In this document: one piece after another, positions 1 to 11,951 of the stretch
Layout: each line of letters starts with the position of its first letter
How positions within the stretch are numbered: the first letter of the stretch is position 1
Source: Escherichia coli
Lineage (GTDB): Bacteria > Pseudomonadota > Gammaproteobacteria > Enterobacterales > Enterobacteriaceae
Assembly: GCF_003018235.1 (NCBI RefSeq)
Contig: NZ_CP027437.1
Direction: 5' to 3' (one strand)
Length of the DNA stretch: 64,000 nt
Notes under the pieces: model-generated
The model's database searches: none
What the model was told of the DNA's origin: nothing
What the model saw: only the letters and a program-made list of their open reading frames with translations
Program-made: the position numbers and the translations under genes

Positions 1-836
1 TTGTCGACGTTAAACAATGCCCCATTTTAGTGCCCCAACTTGAAGCATTGCTGCCCAAAGTCAGGGCATGCCTGGACAGCTTACAAGCTATGCGCCATCT
101 TGGTCATGTTGAACTGGTACAGGCAACCAGCGGCACGCTGATGATTTTGCGCCATACCGCACCGCTAAGTTCGGCTGATCGCGAAAAACTGGAACGCTTT
201 TCGCATTCTGAAGGCCTGGATCTGTATCTCGCCCCCGATAGTGAGATACTCGAAACCGTCGCTGGTGAGATGCCCTGGTATGACTCAAACGGGTTGCGCT
301 TAACTTTTAGCCCGCGCGATTTTATTCAGGTCAATGCGGGTGTGAACCAAAAAATGGTAGCGCGTGCGTTGGAATGGCTGGATGTGCAACCTGAAGATCG
401 CGTACTGGATCTGTTCTGCGGTATGGGCAACTTTACACTGCCATTGGCGACACAAGCTGCCAGTGTGGTGGGTGTAGAAGGCGTTCCGGCGCTGGTGGAA
501 AAAGGCCAGCAGAATGCGCGTCTTAATGGCTTACACAATGTGACGTTTTATCACGAAAATCTTGAAGAAGATGTCACAAAGCAGCCGTGGGCGAAAAACG
601 GCTTCGATAAAGTGTTGCTGGACCCGGCGCGAGCAGGTGCCGCAGGTGTTATGCAGCAAATTATAAAACTGGAACCTATTCGTATAGTTTATGTATCCTG
701 TAACCCTGCAACGCTGGCTCGGGATAGCGAAGCGTTATTAAAAGCAGGATATACCATTGCGCGACTGGCGATGCTGGATATGTTCCCACACACGGGACAT
801 CTGGAATCGATGGTACTTTTCTCGCGCGTTAAATAG
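1..836 (+). CDS. rlmD: 23S rRNA (uracil-C5)-methyltransferase RlmD/RumA, 3' part only; gene start lies upstream of the window
   Basis: Frame open from window edge to stop at 834-836; SAM-methyltransferase motif ([14 protein letters not shown]); sits directly upstream of relA. Confidence 0.9.
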   Translation, partial: VDVKQCPILVPQLEALLPKVRACLDSLQAMRHLGHVELVQATSGTLMILRHTAPLSSADREKLERFSHSEGLDLYLAPDSEILETVAGEMPWYDSNGLRLTFSPRDFIQVNAGVNQKMVARALEWLDVQPEDRVLDLFCGMGNFTLPLATQAASVVGVEGVPALVEKGQQNARLNGLHNVTFYHENLEEDVTKQPWAKNGFDKVLLDPARAGAAGVMQQIIKLEPIRIVYVSCNPATLARDSEALLKAGYTIARLAMLDMFPHTGHLESMVLFSRVK

Positions 837-883
837 TTACGATTTGCCGATTTCGGCAGGTCTGGTCCCTAAAGGAGAGGACG

Positions 884-3118
884 ATGGTTGCGGTAAGAAG
901 TGCACATATCAATAAGGCTGGTGAATTTGATCCGGAAAAATGGATCGCAAGTCTGGGTATTACCAGCCAGAAGTCGTGTGAGTGCTTAGCCGAAACCTGG
1001 GCGTATTGTCTGCAACAGACGCAGGGGCATCCGGATGCCAGTCTGTTATTGTGGCGTGGTGTTGAGATGGTGGAGATCCTCTCGACATTAAGTATGGACA
1101 TTGACACGCTGCGGGCGGCGCTGCTGTTCCCTCTGGCCGATGCCAACGTAGTCAGCGAAGATGTGCTGCGTGAGAGCGTCGGTAAGTCGGTCGTTAACCT
1201 TATTCACGGTGTGCGTGATATGGCGGCGATCCGCCAGCTGAAAGCGACGCATACCGATTCTGTTTCCTCCGAACAGGTCGATAACGTTCGCCGGATGTTA
1301 TTGGCGATGGTCGATGATTTTCGCTGCGTGGTCATCAAACTGGCAGAGCGTATTGCTCATCTGCGCGAAGTAAAAGACGCGCCGGAAGATGAACGCGTAC
1401 TGGCGGCAAAAGAGTGCACCAATATCTACGCGCCGTTGGCGAACCGTCTTGGGATTGGACAACTGAAATGGGAGCTGGAAGATTACTGCTTCCGTTATCT
1501 CCACCCGACCGAATACAAACGCATCGCAAAACTGCTGCATGAACGCCGTCTCGACCGCGAACACTATATCGAAGAGTTTGTCGGTCATCTGCGCGCTGAG
1601 ATGAAAGCTGAAGGCGTTAAAGCTGAAGTGTATGGTCGTCCGAAACACATCTACAGCATCTGGCGCAAAATGCAGAAAAAGAACCTCGCCTTCGATGAGC
1701 TGTTTGATGTGCGTGCGGTACGTATTGTCGCCGAGCGTTTACAGGATTGTTATGCCGCACTGGGGATAGTGCACACTCACTATCGCCACCTGCCGGATGA
1801 GTTTGACGATTACGTCGCTAACCCGAAACCAAACGGTTATCAGTCTATTCATACCGTGGTTCTGGGACCAGGTGGCAAAACCGTAGAGATCCAAATCCGC
1901 ACCAAACAGATGCATGAAGATGCAGAGTTGGGTGTTGCTGCGCACTGGAAATATAAAGAAGGCGCGGCAGCTGGCGGCGCACGTTCGGGACATGAAGACC
2001 GAATTGCCTGGCTGCGTAAACTGATTGCGTGGCAGGAAGAGATGGCTGATTCCGGCGAAATGCTCGACGAAGTACGCAGCCAGGTCTTTGACGACCGGGT
2101 GTATGTCTTTACGCCGAAAGGTGATGTCGTTGATTTGCCTGCGGGATCAACACCGCTGGACTTCGCTTACCACATCCACAGTGATGTCGGACACCGCTGC
2201 ATCGGGGCAAAAATTGGCGGGCGCATTGTGCCGTTCACCTACCAGCTGCAGATGGGCGACCAGATTGAAATTATCACCCAGAAACAGCCGAACCCCAGCC
2301 GTGACTGGTTAAACCCAAACCTCGGTTACGTCACAACCAGCCGTGGGCGTTCGAAAATTCACGCCTGGTTCCGTAAACAGGACCGTGACAAAAACGTTCT
2401 GGCTGGGCGGCAAATCCTTGACGACGAGCTGGAACATCTGGGGATCAGCCTGAAAGAAGCAGAAAAACATCTGCTGCCGCGTTACAACTTCAATGATGTC
2501 GACGAGTTGCTGGCGGCGATTGGTGGCGGGGATATCCGTCTCAATCAGATGGTGAACTTCCTGCAATCGCAATTTAATAAGCCGAGTGCCGAAGAGCAGG
2601 ACGCCGCCGCGCTGAAGCAACTTCAGCAAAAAAGCTACACGCCGCAAAACCGCAGTAAAGATAACGGTCGTGTGGTGGTTGAAGGTGTCGGTAACCTGAT
2701 GCACCACATCGCGCGCTGCTGCCAGCCGATTCCTGGAGATGAGATTGTCGGCTTCATTACCCAGGGACGCGGTATTTCAGTACACCGCGCCGATTGCGAA
2801 CAACTGGCGGAACTGCGCTCCCATGCGCCAGAACGCATTGTTGACGCGGTATGGGGTGAGAGCTACTCCGCCGGATATTCGCTGGTGGTCCGCGTGGTGG
2901 CTAATGATCGTAGTGGGTTGTTACGTGATATCACGACCATTCTTGCCAACGAGAAGGTGAACGTACTTGGCGTTGCCAGCCGTAGCGACACCAAACAGCA
3001 ACTGGCGACTATCGACATGACCATTGAGATTTACAATCTGCAAGTGCTGGGCCGCGTGCTGGGTAAACTCAATCAGGTGCCAGACGTTATCGACGCGCGT
3101 CGGTTGCACGGGAGTTAG
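884..3118 (+). CDS. relA: GTP pyrophosphokinase, (p)ppGpp synthetase I
   Basis: 744-aa ORF with RBS aaggagagg upstream; RelA/SpoT family sequence; synteny with mazEF. Confidence 0.95.
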   Translation: MVAVRSAHINKAGEFDPEKWIASLGITSQKSCECLAETWAYCLQQTQGHPDASLLLWRGVEMVEILSTLSMDIDTLRAALLFPLADANVVSEDVLRESVGKSVVNLIHGVRDMAAIRQLKATHTDSVSSEQVDNVRRMLLAMVDDFRCVVIKLAERIAHLREVKDAPEDERVLAAKECTNIYAPLANRLGIGQLKWELEDYCFRYLHPTEYKRIAKLLHERRLDREHYIEEFVGHLRAEMKAEGVKAEVYGRPKHIYSIWRKMQKKNLAFDELFDVRAVRIVAERLQDCYAALGIVHTHYRHLPDEFDDYVANPKPNGYQSIHTVVLGPGGKTVEIQIRTKQMHEDAELGVAAHWKYKEGAAAGGARSGHEDRIAWLRKLIAWQEEMADSGEMLDEVRSQVFDDRVYVFTPKGDVVDLPAGSTPLDFAYHIHSDVGHRCIGAKIGGRIVPFTYQLQMGDQIEIITQKQPNPSRDWLNPNLGYVTTSRGRSKIHAWFRKQDRDKNVLAGRQILDDELEHLGISLKEAEKHLLPRYNFNDVDELLAAIGGGDIRLNQMVNFLQSQFNKPSAEEQDAAALKQLQQKSYTPQNRSKDNGRVVVEGVGNLMHHIARCCQPIPGDEIVGFITQGRGISVHRADCEQLAELRSHAPERIVDAVWGESYSAGYSLVVRVVANDRSGLLRDITTILANEKVNVLGVASRSDTKQQLATIDMTIEIYNLQVLGRVLGKLNQVPDVIDARRLHGS

Positions 3119-3134
3119 GCCGAAATTAGCTCGT

Positions 3135-3173
3135 ATCTACAATGTAGATTGATATATACTGTATCTACATATG
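3135..3173 (+). promoter_or_regulatory. mazEF promoter/operator region with palindromic repeats
   Basis: Perfect palindrome atctacaatgtagat at 3135-3149 and repeated tatctacat at 3161-3170; -10-like tatact at 3155-3160; directly upstream of mazE. Confidence 0.6.
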
Positions 3174-3195
3174 ATAGCGGTTTGAGGAAAGGGTT

Positions 3196-3444
3196 ATGAT
3201 CCACAGTAGCGTAAAGCGTTGGGGAAATTCACCGGCGGTGCGGATCCCGGCTACGTTAATGCAGGCGCTCAATCTGAATATTGATGATGAAGTGAAGATT
3301 GACCTGGTGGATGGCAAATTAATTATTGAGCCAGTACGTAAAGAGCCCGTATTTACGCTTGCTGAACTGGTCAACGACATCACGCCGGAAAACCTCCACG
3401 AGAATATCGACTGGGGGGAGCCGAAAGATAAGGAAGTCTGGTAA
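3196..3444 (+). CDS. mazE: Antitoxin MazE
   Basis: 82-aa [22 protein letters not shown]..., AbrB/MazE fold; overlaps mazF start (ATGGTAA). Confidence 0.95.
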
Positions 3445-3779
3445 TGGTAAGCCGATACGTACCCGATATGGGCGATCTGATTTGGGTTGATTTTGACCCG
3501 ACAAAAGGTAGCGAGCAAGCCGGACATCGTCCGGCTGTTGTCCTGAGTCCGTTCATGTACAACAACAAAACAGGTATGTGTCTGTGTGTTCCTTGTACAA
3601 CGCAATCAAAAGGATATCCGTTCGAAGTTGTTTTATCCGGTCAGGAACGTGATGGCGTAGCGTTAGCTGATCAGGTAAAAAGTATCGCCTGGCGGGCAAG
3701 AGGAGCAACGAAGAAAGGAACGGTTGCCCCAGAGGAATTACAGCTCATTAAAGCCAAAATTAACGTGCTGATTGGGTAG
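3444..3779 (+). CDS. mazF: Endoribonuclease toxin MazF
   Basis: 111-aa [25 protein letters not shown]..., PemK/MazF family. Confidence 0.95.
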   Translation: MVSRYVPDMGDLIWVDFDPTKGSEQAGHRPAVVLSPFMYNNKTGMCLCVPCTTQSKGYPFEVVLSGQERDGVALADQVKSIAWRARGATKKGTVAPEELQLIKAKINVLIG

Positions 3780-3850
3780 GTGTTACTAACTCACTTCTAT
3801 TCTGGTCACAGGTTTCCACCTGACAGACCCGCAATTTTCAGGACATTCTA

Positions 3851-4642
3851 ATGAATCAAATCGACCGTTTGCTCACTATTATGCAGCGCCTGCGCGACCC
3901 GGAAAACGGCTGCCCGTGGGATAAAGAGCAGACATTTGCCACCATTGCACCTTACACCCTTGAAGAAACCTACGAAGTGCTGGACGCTATTGCCCGTGAA
4001 GATTTTGACGATCTGCGCGGTGAACTCGGCGATCTACTGTTCCAGGTGGTTTTTTACGCACAAATGGCCCAGGAAGAAGGGCGCTTTGATTTTAATGATA
4101 TTTGCGCCGCGATTAGCGATAAATTAGAACGTCGCCATCCGCATGTTTTTGCTGACAGTTCTGCCGAAAACAGTAGTGAAGTGCTTGCCCGTTGGGAGCA
4201 AATCAAAACCGAAGAGCGCGCGCAGAAAGCGCAGCATTCGGCGCTGGACGATATTCCTCGTAGTTTACCAGCCTTAATGCGTGCACAAAAAATCCAGAAA
4301 CGTTGCGCCAACGTTGGTTTTGACTGGACGACGCTTGGTCCGGTAGTCGATAAAGTCTACGAAGAGATCGACGAGGTGATGTACGAGGCACGGCAGGCTG
4401 TTATCGACCAGGCTAAACTGGAGGAGGAAATGGGCGACCTGCTGTTTGCCACGGTCAATCTGGCTCGTCATTTAGGGACAAAAGCGGAAATCGCATTGCA
4501 AAAAGCGAACGAAAAATTCGAGCGTCGTTTTCGCGAAGTGGAGCGTATTGTTGCCGCGCGTGGACTGGAAATGACAGGTGTTGACCTCGAAACAATGGAA
4601 GAAGTCTGGCAACAGGTAAAACGGCAGGAAATTGATCTCTAA
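3851..4642 (+). CDS. mazG: Nucleoside triphosphate pyrophosphohydrolase MazG
   Basis: 263-aa ORF, MazG NTP-PPase family; downstream of mazEF. Confidence 0.93.
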   Translation: MNQIDRLLTIMQRLRDPENGCPWDKEQTFATIAPYTLEETYEVLDAIAREDFDDLRGELGDLLFQVVFYAQMAQEEGRFDFNDICAAISDKLERRHPHVFADSSAENSSEVLARWEQIKTEERAQKAQHSALDDIPRSLPALMRAQKIQKRCANVGFDWTTLGPVVDKVYEEIDEVMYEARQAVIDQAKLEEEMGDLLFATVNLARHLGTKAEIALQKANEKFERRFREVERIVAARGLEMTGVDLETMEEVWQQVKRQEIDL

Positions 4643-4655
4643 GGGAATTACGTGG

Positions 4656-4697
4656 TCAAGCGCGATTTGTGTCATTTTTTAAATGACAAGCGCTTGA
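4656..4697 (+). repeat. Inverted repeat / stem-loop in the mazG-pyrG spacer (possible mazG terminator or pyrG leader element)
   Basis: tcaagcgc...tgtcattt ttt aaatgaca...gcgcttga, nested inverted repeat; no clean T-tract. Confidence 0.3.
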
Positions 4698-4784
4698 TTT
4701 GCGTCAAAAACATTTACCCCAAAGGGGCTATTTTCTCACTCCTGATTTCAATAGTGCGCTGGCGAAGAGGAGGGATAATGAAAG

Positions 4785-4814
4785 TTTGTGGCACAGGTCA
4801 TGTTCGGGTATACT
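4785..4814 (+). promoter_or_regulatory. Candidate sigma70 promoter for pyrG
   Basis: -10-like tatact at 4809-4814 with weak -35 tttgtg about 18 bp upstream; about 55 bp before the pyrG start. Confidence 0.3.
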
Positions 4815-4854
4815 GCTTTCCCGTCCTGGTTATTCCATCGTCTTTTCAACCTAA

Positions 4855-6507
<1,653 letters not shown>

Positions 6508-6526
6508 GTAAAAAAGTTAGAACGGC

Positions 6527-6558
6527 AACGCGTACCCTGGGTACGCGTTGTTTGTCTG
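6527..6558 (+). terminator. Stem-loop between pyrG and eno (partial terminator or processing site)
   Basis: aacgcgtac cctgg gtacgcgtt hairpin followed by gtttgtctgg; T-tract imperfect. Confidence 0.4.
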
Positions 6559-6579
6559 GAGTTTCAGTTTAACTAGTGA

Positions 6580-7893
<1,314 letters not shown>

Positions 7894-7912
7894 GTCTGAC
7901 TTTATCTGATTT

Positions 7913-7944
7913 AAAAATGCCAGCCTTCGGGCTGGCATTTTTTA
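7913..7944. terminator. Bidirectional rho-independent terminator between convergent eno and ygcG
   Basis: aaaaatgccagcc ttcg ggctggcatttttt: GC stem flanked by A-run and T-run. Confidence 0.85.
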
Positions 7945-7952
7945 TGGTTGAG

Positions 7953-8825
7953 TTACCAGCGACCGGACGCGCCGCCACCGCCAGAAGAACCGCCCCCGCC
8001 GCTAAATCCGCCGCCACTTGAGCCGCCACCGGAACCGCTGTTGTCTGAATGATAACTTCTACCAGATGCTTTTTTCTGAAGTACACATAAACAGGTAAAG
8101 ACCATAATGGTGGTGAAAGTAAAAAAGAAGAAAAATACAGCAATGGAAAAAGTTTTATCGGAGAACAGGAATAAATCTAAAAGATAGATTGCTGAAATAC
8201 AGACACTGCTTTTACATGCGCGACAAAAATTACTGCCTTGATGAAAAAACCAGAAAGGGAAGAACATCACTGCAAATACCCAAAAAATAGCAAAGTAGTA
8301 ATGATCGCTGGAATACGCTGATTCACTTTCTGAAGGATTAGCCGAATATTGGTGTTGTGAAGTGAGTTGGTTATTTAAAGCGATTATAGCTAACTCTAAT
8401 CCCTTAGCTAATTTTTGTTGTTTAAATGCGGGTATCATGTTGCTACGGATGATATCTCCAGCCAGAGCATCGGTTACCTTTTCTTCCAGCCCATAACCTA
8501 CCTGGATGCGGACAGCACGATCCGACAAGGCAACAATGATCAGTATCCCATCATTGCGTTTGGCATCTCCTAAACGCCAATTGTTAAAAACCCTTGTAGC
8601 ATATTGTTCAATTGTCTCGTCTTTGGTTGTGGGAATAATTAATACAGCAATTTGTACTTGGGTATTATTGAAAATAGATTCTAACTTCCGCGTCAGTTCT
8701 TTCTTTTCTTGTGAGTTTAAGCTACTCGTAAGATCCGTAACTTGTTGCTGTAATGATGGGACAATAGTTGGTTGGGCTGCAACAAAGGAACACACGAATG
8801 TAAACATTAGTATGAAATAGCGCAT
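7953..8825 (-). CDS. ygcG: TPM-domain membrane protein with Gly/Ser-rich C-terminal tail
   Basis: ORF 7953-8894; start set at [18 protein letters not shown] (signal-peptide-like) giving 290 aa; C-terminus [20 protein letters not shown]. Confidence 0.8.
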   Translation of the reverse strand: MRYFILMFTFVCSFVAAQPTIVPSLQQQVTDLTSSLNSQEKKELTRKLESIFNNTQVQIAVLIIPTTKDETIEQYATRVFNNWRLGDAKRNDGILIIVALSDRAVRIQVGYGLEEKVTDALAGDIIRSNMIPAFKQQKLAKGLELAIIALNNQLTSQHQYSANPSESESAYSSDHYYFAIFWVFAVMFFPFWFFHQGSNFCRACKSSVCISAIYLLDLFLFSDKTFSIAVFFFFFTFTTIMVFTCLCVLQKKASGRSYHSDNSGSGGGSSGGGFSGGGGSSGGGGASGRW

Positions 8826-9118
8826 TATAAATTTCTCATTAAATCTGGATAAATAAATTGACGGCGGCATCGGTAATTTGAGATTCGTTATCATTAAAAA
8901 CGAACACAGAAAAAATAAATATAAATTTGGTGAATGTTTTTGACATGATTAAATCCCTTTACTTTATTTATTTCTGACATAATACGTTACTCCCTTTTAT
9001 TATTAACGATCTGTTTCTCATTTTTCTTTAAACCTGCCTGTAACAGAATGTTAATAAGACATGATTGTTGTGGCAGGATCTGCAATAATTAACAATTATC
9101 CACTTCACAGAGAATGCT

Positions 9119-9790
9119 ATGCAGTACCCGATTAACGAGATGTTCCAGACCCTGCAAGGTGAGGGTTACTTTACCGGCGTCCCCGCTATTTTTATTCGTT
9201 TACAGGGATGCCCGGTCGGCTGTGCCTGGTGCGACACCAAACACACATGGGAAAAGCTTGAGGATCGGGAAGTTTCCCTTTTCAGCATTCTGGGTAAAAC
9301 GAAAGAGAGTGATAAGTGGGGAGCAGCAAGCAGTGAAGACTTACTCGCAGTCATCGGTCGTCAGGGATACACCGCGCGTCACGTGGTGATTACGGGTGGT
9401 GAGCCTTGCATTCATGATTTGCTACCACTGACTGATCTGCTCGAAAAGAACGGTTTTAGCTGCCAGATCGAAACCAGTGGTACTCATGAGGTACGCTGCA
9501 CACCGAATACCTGGGTTACCGTATCACCAAAGCTGAACATGCGCGGCGGCTATGAAGTGTTGTCACAGGCACTGGAGCGAGCCAACGAAATCAAGCATCC
9601 AGTGGGACGCGTACGTGATATTGAAGCACTGGATGAACTTTTGGCGACGCTGACCGATGATAAACCGCGAGTCATTGCACTGCAGCCGATTAGCCAAAAG
9701 GATGATGCCACACGATTGTGCATTGAAACCTGCATTGCGCGTAATTGGCGTTTGTCGATGCAAACACATAAATATCTAAATATTGCCTGA
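9119..9790 (+). CDS. queE: 7-carboxy-7-deazaguanine synthase (radical SAM), queuosine biosynthesis
   Basis: 223-aa ORF with CPVGCAWCDTKH radical-SAM cysteine motif. Confidence 0.93.
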   Translation: MQYPINEMFQTLQGEGYFTGVPAIFIRLQGCPVGCAWCDTKHTWEKLEDREVSLFSILGKTKESDKWGAASSEDLLAVIGRQGYTARHVVITGGEPCIHDLLPLTDLLEKNGFSCQIETSGTHEVRCTPNTWVTVSPKLNMRGGYEVLSQALERANEIKHPVGRVRDIEALDELLATLTDDKPRVIALQPISQKDDATRLCIETCIARNWRLSMQTHKYLNIA

Positions 9791-9999
9791 TTAAACATTT
9801 ATAAGCGTTATAAATGGGTGGAACCTGTAAAGATTTCTACTCATTTATATTGTTTGTCGCCTCTGAAAACTCCTCCATTTTACCCATCCAGGGCTAATCA
9901 TTAGCATTCTCTACAAATTCTGCGGCATTAATTTTTCGCTGGAGTGAAAATTATTGCGGTAAAGTTTGGTAGATTTTAGTCGGTATAGGATTACTTTAA

Positions 10000-10128
10000 A
10001 TATTTAGCTTTTCAATCAATGAATTAAGTGCTCTTTAACATAATGGATGTGTTGTTTGTGTGATACTGTAAAGTTGGTAGATTGTGACTGGCTTAAAAAA
10101 TCATTAATTAATAATAGGTTATGTTTAG
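10000..10128 (+). promoter_or_regulatory. AT-rich CRISPR leader (approximate bounds)
   Basis: AT-rich non-coding stretch abutting the first, leader-proximal repeat; the degenerate repeat is at the opposite end of the array. Confidence 0.5.
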
Positions 10129-10400
10129 AGAGTTCCCCGCGCGAGCGGGGATAAACCGGCCGTCGCCGGATCAGCCTGGCTATGCCAGCAGAGTTCCCCG
10201 CGCCAGCGGGGATAAACCGGACGAACAAAATAAAAACCAACTGAATGATGCGAGTTCCCCGCGCCAGCGGGGATAAACCGCGAACCCTTGAACCGATAAG
10301 GGCGCTGTTTTGGAGTTCCCCGCGCCAGCGGGGATAAACCGGATAGGTGTTACACATATGACCTGGCACTGGCGAGTTTCCCGCGCCAGCGGGGATAACC
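10129..10400 (+). CRISPR. Type I-E-style CRISPR array, 5 repeats and 4 spacers
   Basis: 29-nt repeat gagttccccgcgccagcggggataaaccg at 10129 (variant cgcgag), 10190, 10251, 10312, plus degenerate terminal repeat at 10373-10400; four 32-nt spacers at 10158-10189, 10219-10250, 10280-10311, 10341-10372. Confidence 0.95.
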
Positions 10401-10447
10401 ATTCAGGTATGTTCAGGCCGGGCAGTTTCCCGCCCGGCCTTCCTCAC

Positions 10448-11925
10448 TTACGCATTCGACCAGCTCTGGATCGAATCCGCATTCCCCAATTCCCCATGCA
10501 TCACTTCATACGATTTTTTCAGGATTACATCAGTATGTTTGGTTAACTCCTTGAAAATGCTTTTATTCATCGCGTCGTAGCGTTTGGCACTGTTCTCAAC
10601 AGGCATAAAGATATCTTTCACGCGAACCATTTTGTCGACAGCCGTTGCGTAATCCGGGTATAGCCCCAGACCTACCGCCGTATTAATCGCTGCCCCCAGA
10701 CTTGCACAACCATTAATGGCGTTACGGCGTGCCGGAAGGTTGAACACGTCGGCAAAAATCTGCATAAACAGATCGCTGTTCGAACCGCCGCCAGTAATGA
10801 TCACATGCTTTGCAAAGTGATTCATTTCATTACACATATTGTCGTAATTGTTCTTCAGCGTCAGGCCACGCTTTCCAGTATCGAACGATATATCCATGCG
10901 TAATCCATGCTGGAATCAAAGCCAATCATAATCCCGCGTTTGTACGGTTCCCACGGATTGGTCAGCCAGTCCAGCACCGTCATCAGACCATTACAGCCTG
11001 GCGGCACACAAGACGCTTTTTTGTTGAGCAAATCTTCCGGTGAAAGATCCTGTGCTTTGGCATCCTGAATTAACGACTCGCCTAACATGTCGCGTAGCCA
11101 GCTCACCGTCCACATGCCTTTGCGAATACCGTAACCTTCATACAGCAAGGTTTGCGGAATAGAAGACATAATCGGCCAGTACGCTACCGGATCTTTCGGT
11201 AGTAATTTGCCGTTCATCATCAACGCGATGTAAGTGCCAAGAGAAATTACCGCAGTTTCATCATCCAGTAACCCGGCTCCCAGTGCTTCTACCGGTTTAT
11301 CACTGGTGGTACAAACAACCGGCAGCCCAGCCGGGAAATGTGTCGCCAGCGCGGCTTGAGGAGTGATATGCCCAAGAACAGTGCCCGGCATTTGCACATC
11401 AAACAGCATATGACGGGGGATATTAAACTTCTCCATGACTGCGGCATCTTCACTCCATGCCCAGGTCTTATAATCCACCGGCCACTGACCAAAATAGTTG
11501 GCGATATTGTCTTTAAACTCGCCGGTTAAGCGATGCGTCAGATAACCTGAAAAAGAGGTGACATATGCCACGTCAGGATTCGTATGTTCGTAAGGGCGTG
11601 TAACGCGTGCATCCTGCCAGCTAATCAACGGCGCAGCTGGCGTGCCATCGGCTTTCAATAACGCACGGCAGCAACGGATGGATCCCAGACCAATACCGAC
11701 AATATCTTCTTTATTCCCGGCAAACTGACTCATCAAATCGTGACCGGCAAAACATAATGATGCCCATAAATCGTCGTCAGGATGTTCTGCGGTATCGGCA
11801 TCTGGCGTGTGCATCGGCTGCAATAAGCCTTTGCCTTCGCAAACCACATTACCTTCCAGATCATACATCACCACTTTTGTGCTCTGACTTCCGCCATCAA
11901 TCCCTATGATGTATTTTTTCGACAT
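10448..11925 (-). pseudogene. ygcE: FGGY-family sugar kinase gene split by a frameshift (two ORFs overlapping at 10861-10897)
   Basis: N-terminal ORF 10861-11925 ends ...YRSILESVA*; the other frame continues ...LTLKNNYDNM... to 10448; restoring one C in the minus-strand run gtggcc-ctgacg rejoins them into a 492-codon frame. Confidence 0.7.
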
Positions 11926-11951
11926 GATTTTTCTCCTGTAATTTTCTGGAC

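Noticed and set aside
10016-10402. 128-aa ORF (and the 10310-10546 plus-strand ORF) spanning the CRISPR array
   Set aside because: Translation is dominated by the repeated peptide encoded by the CRISPR repeat (RGELSP / PAGAGNS); an artefact of reading through the repeats
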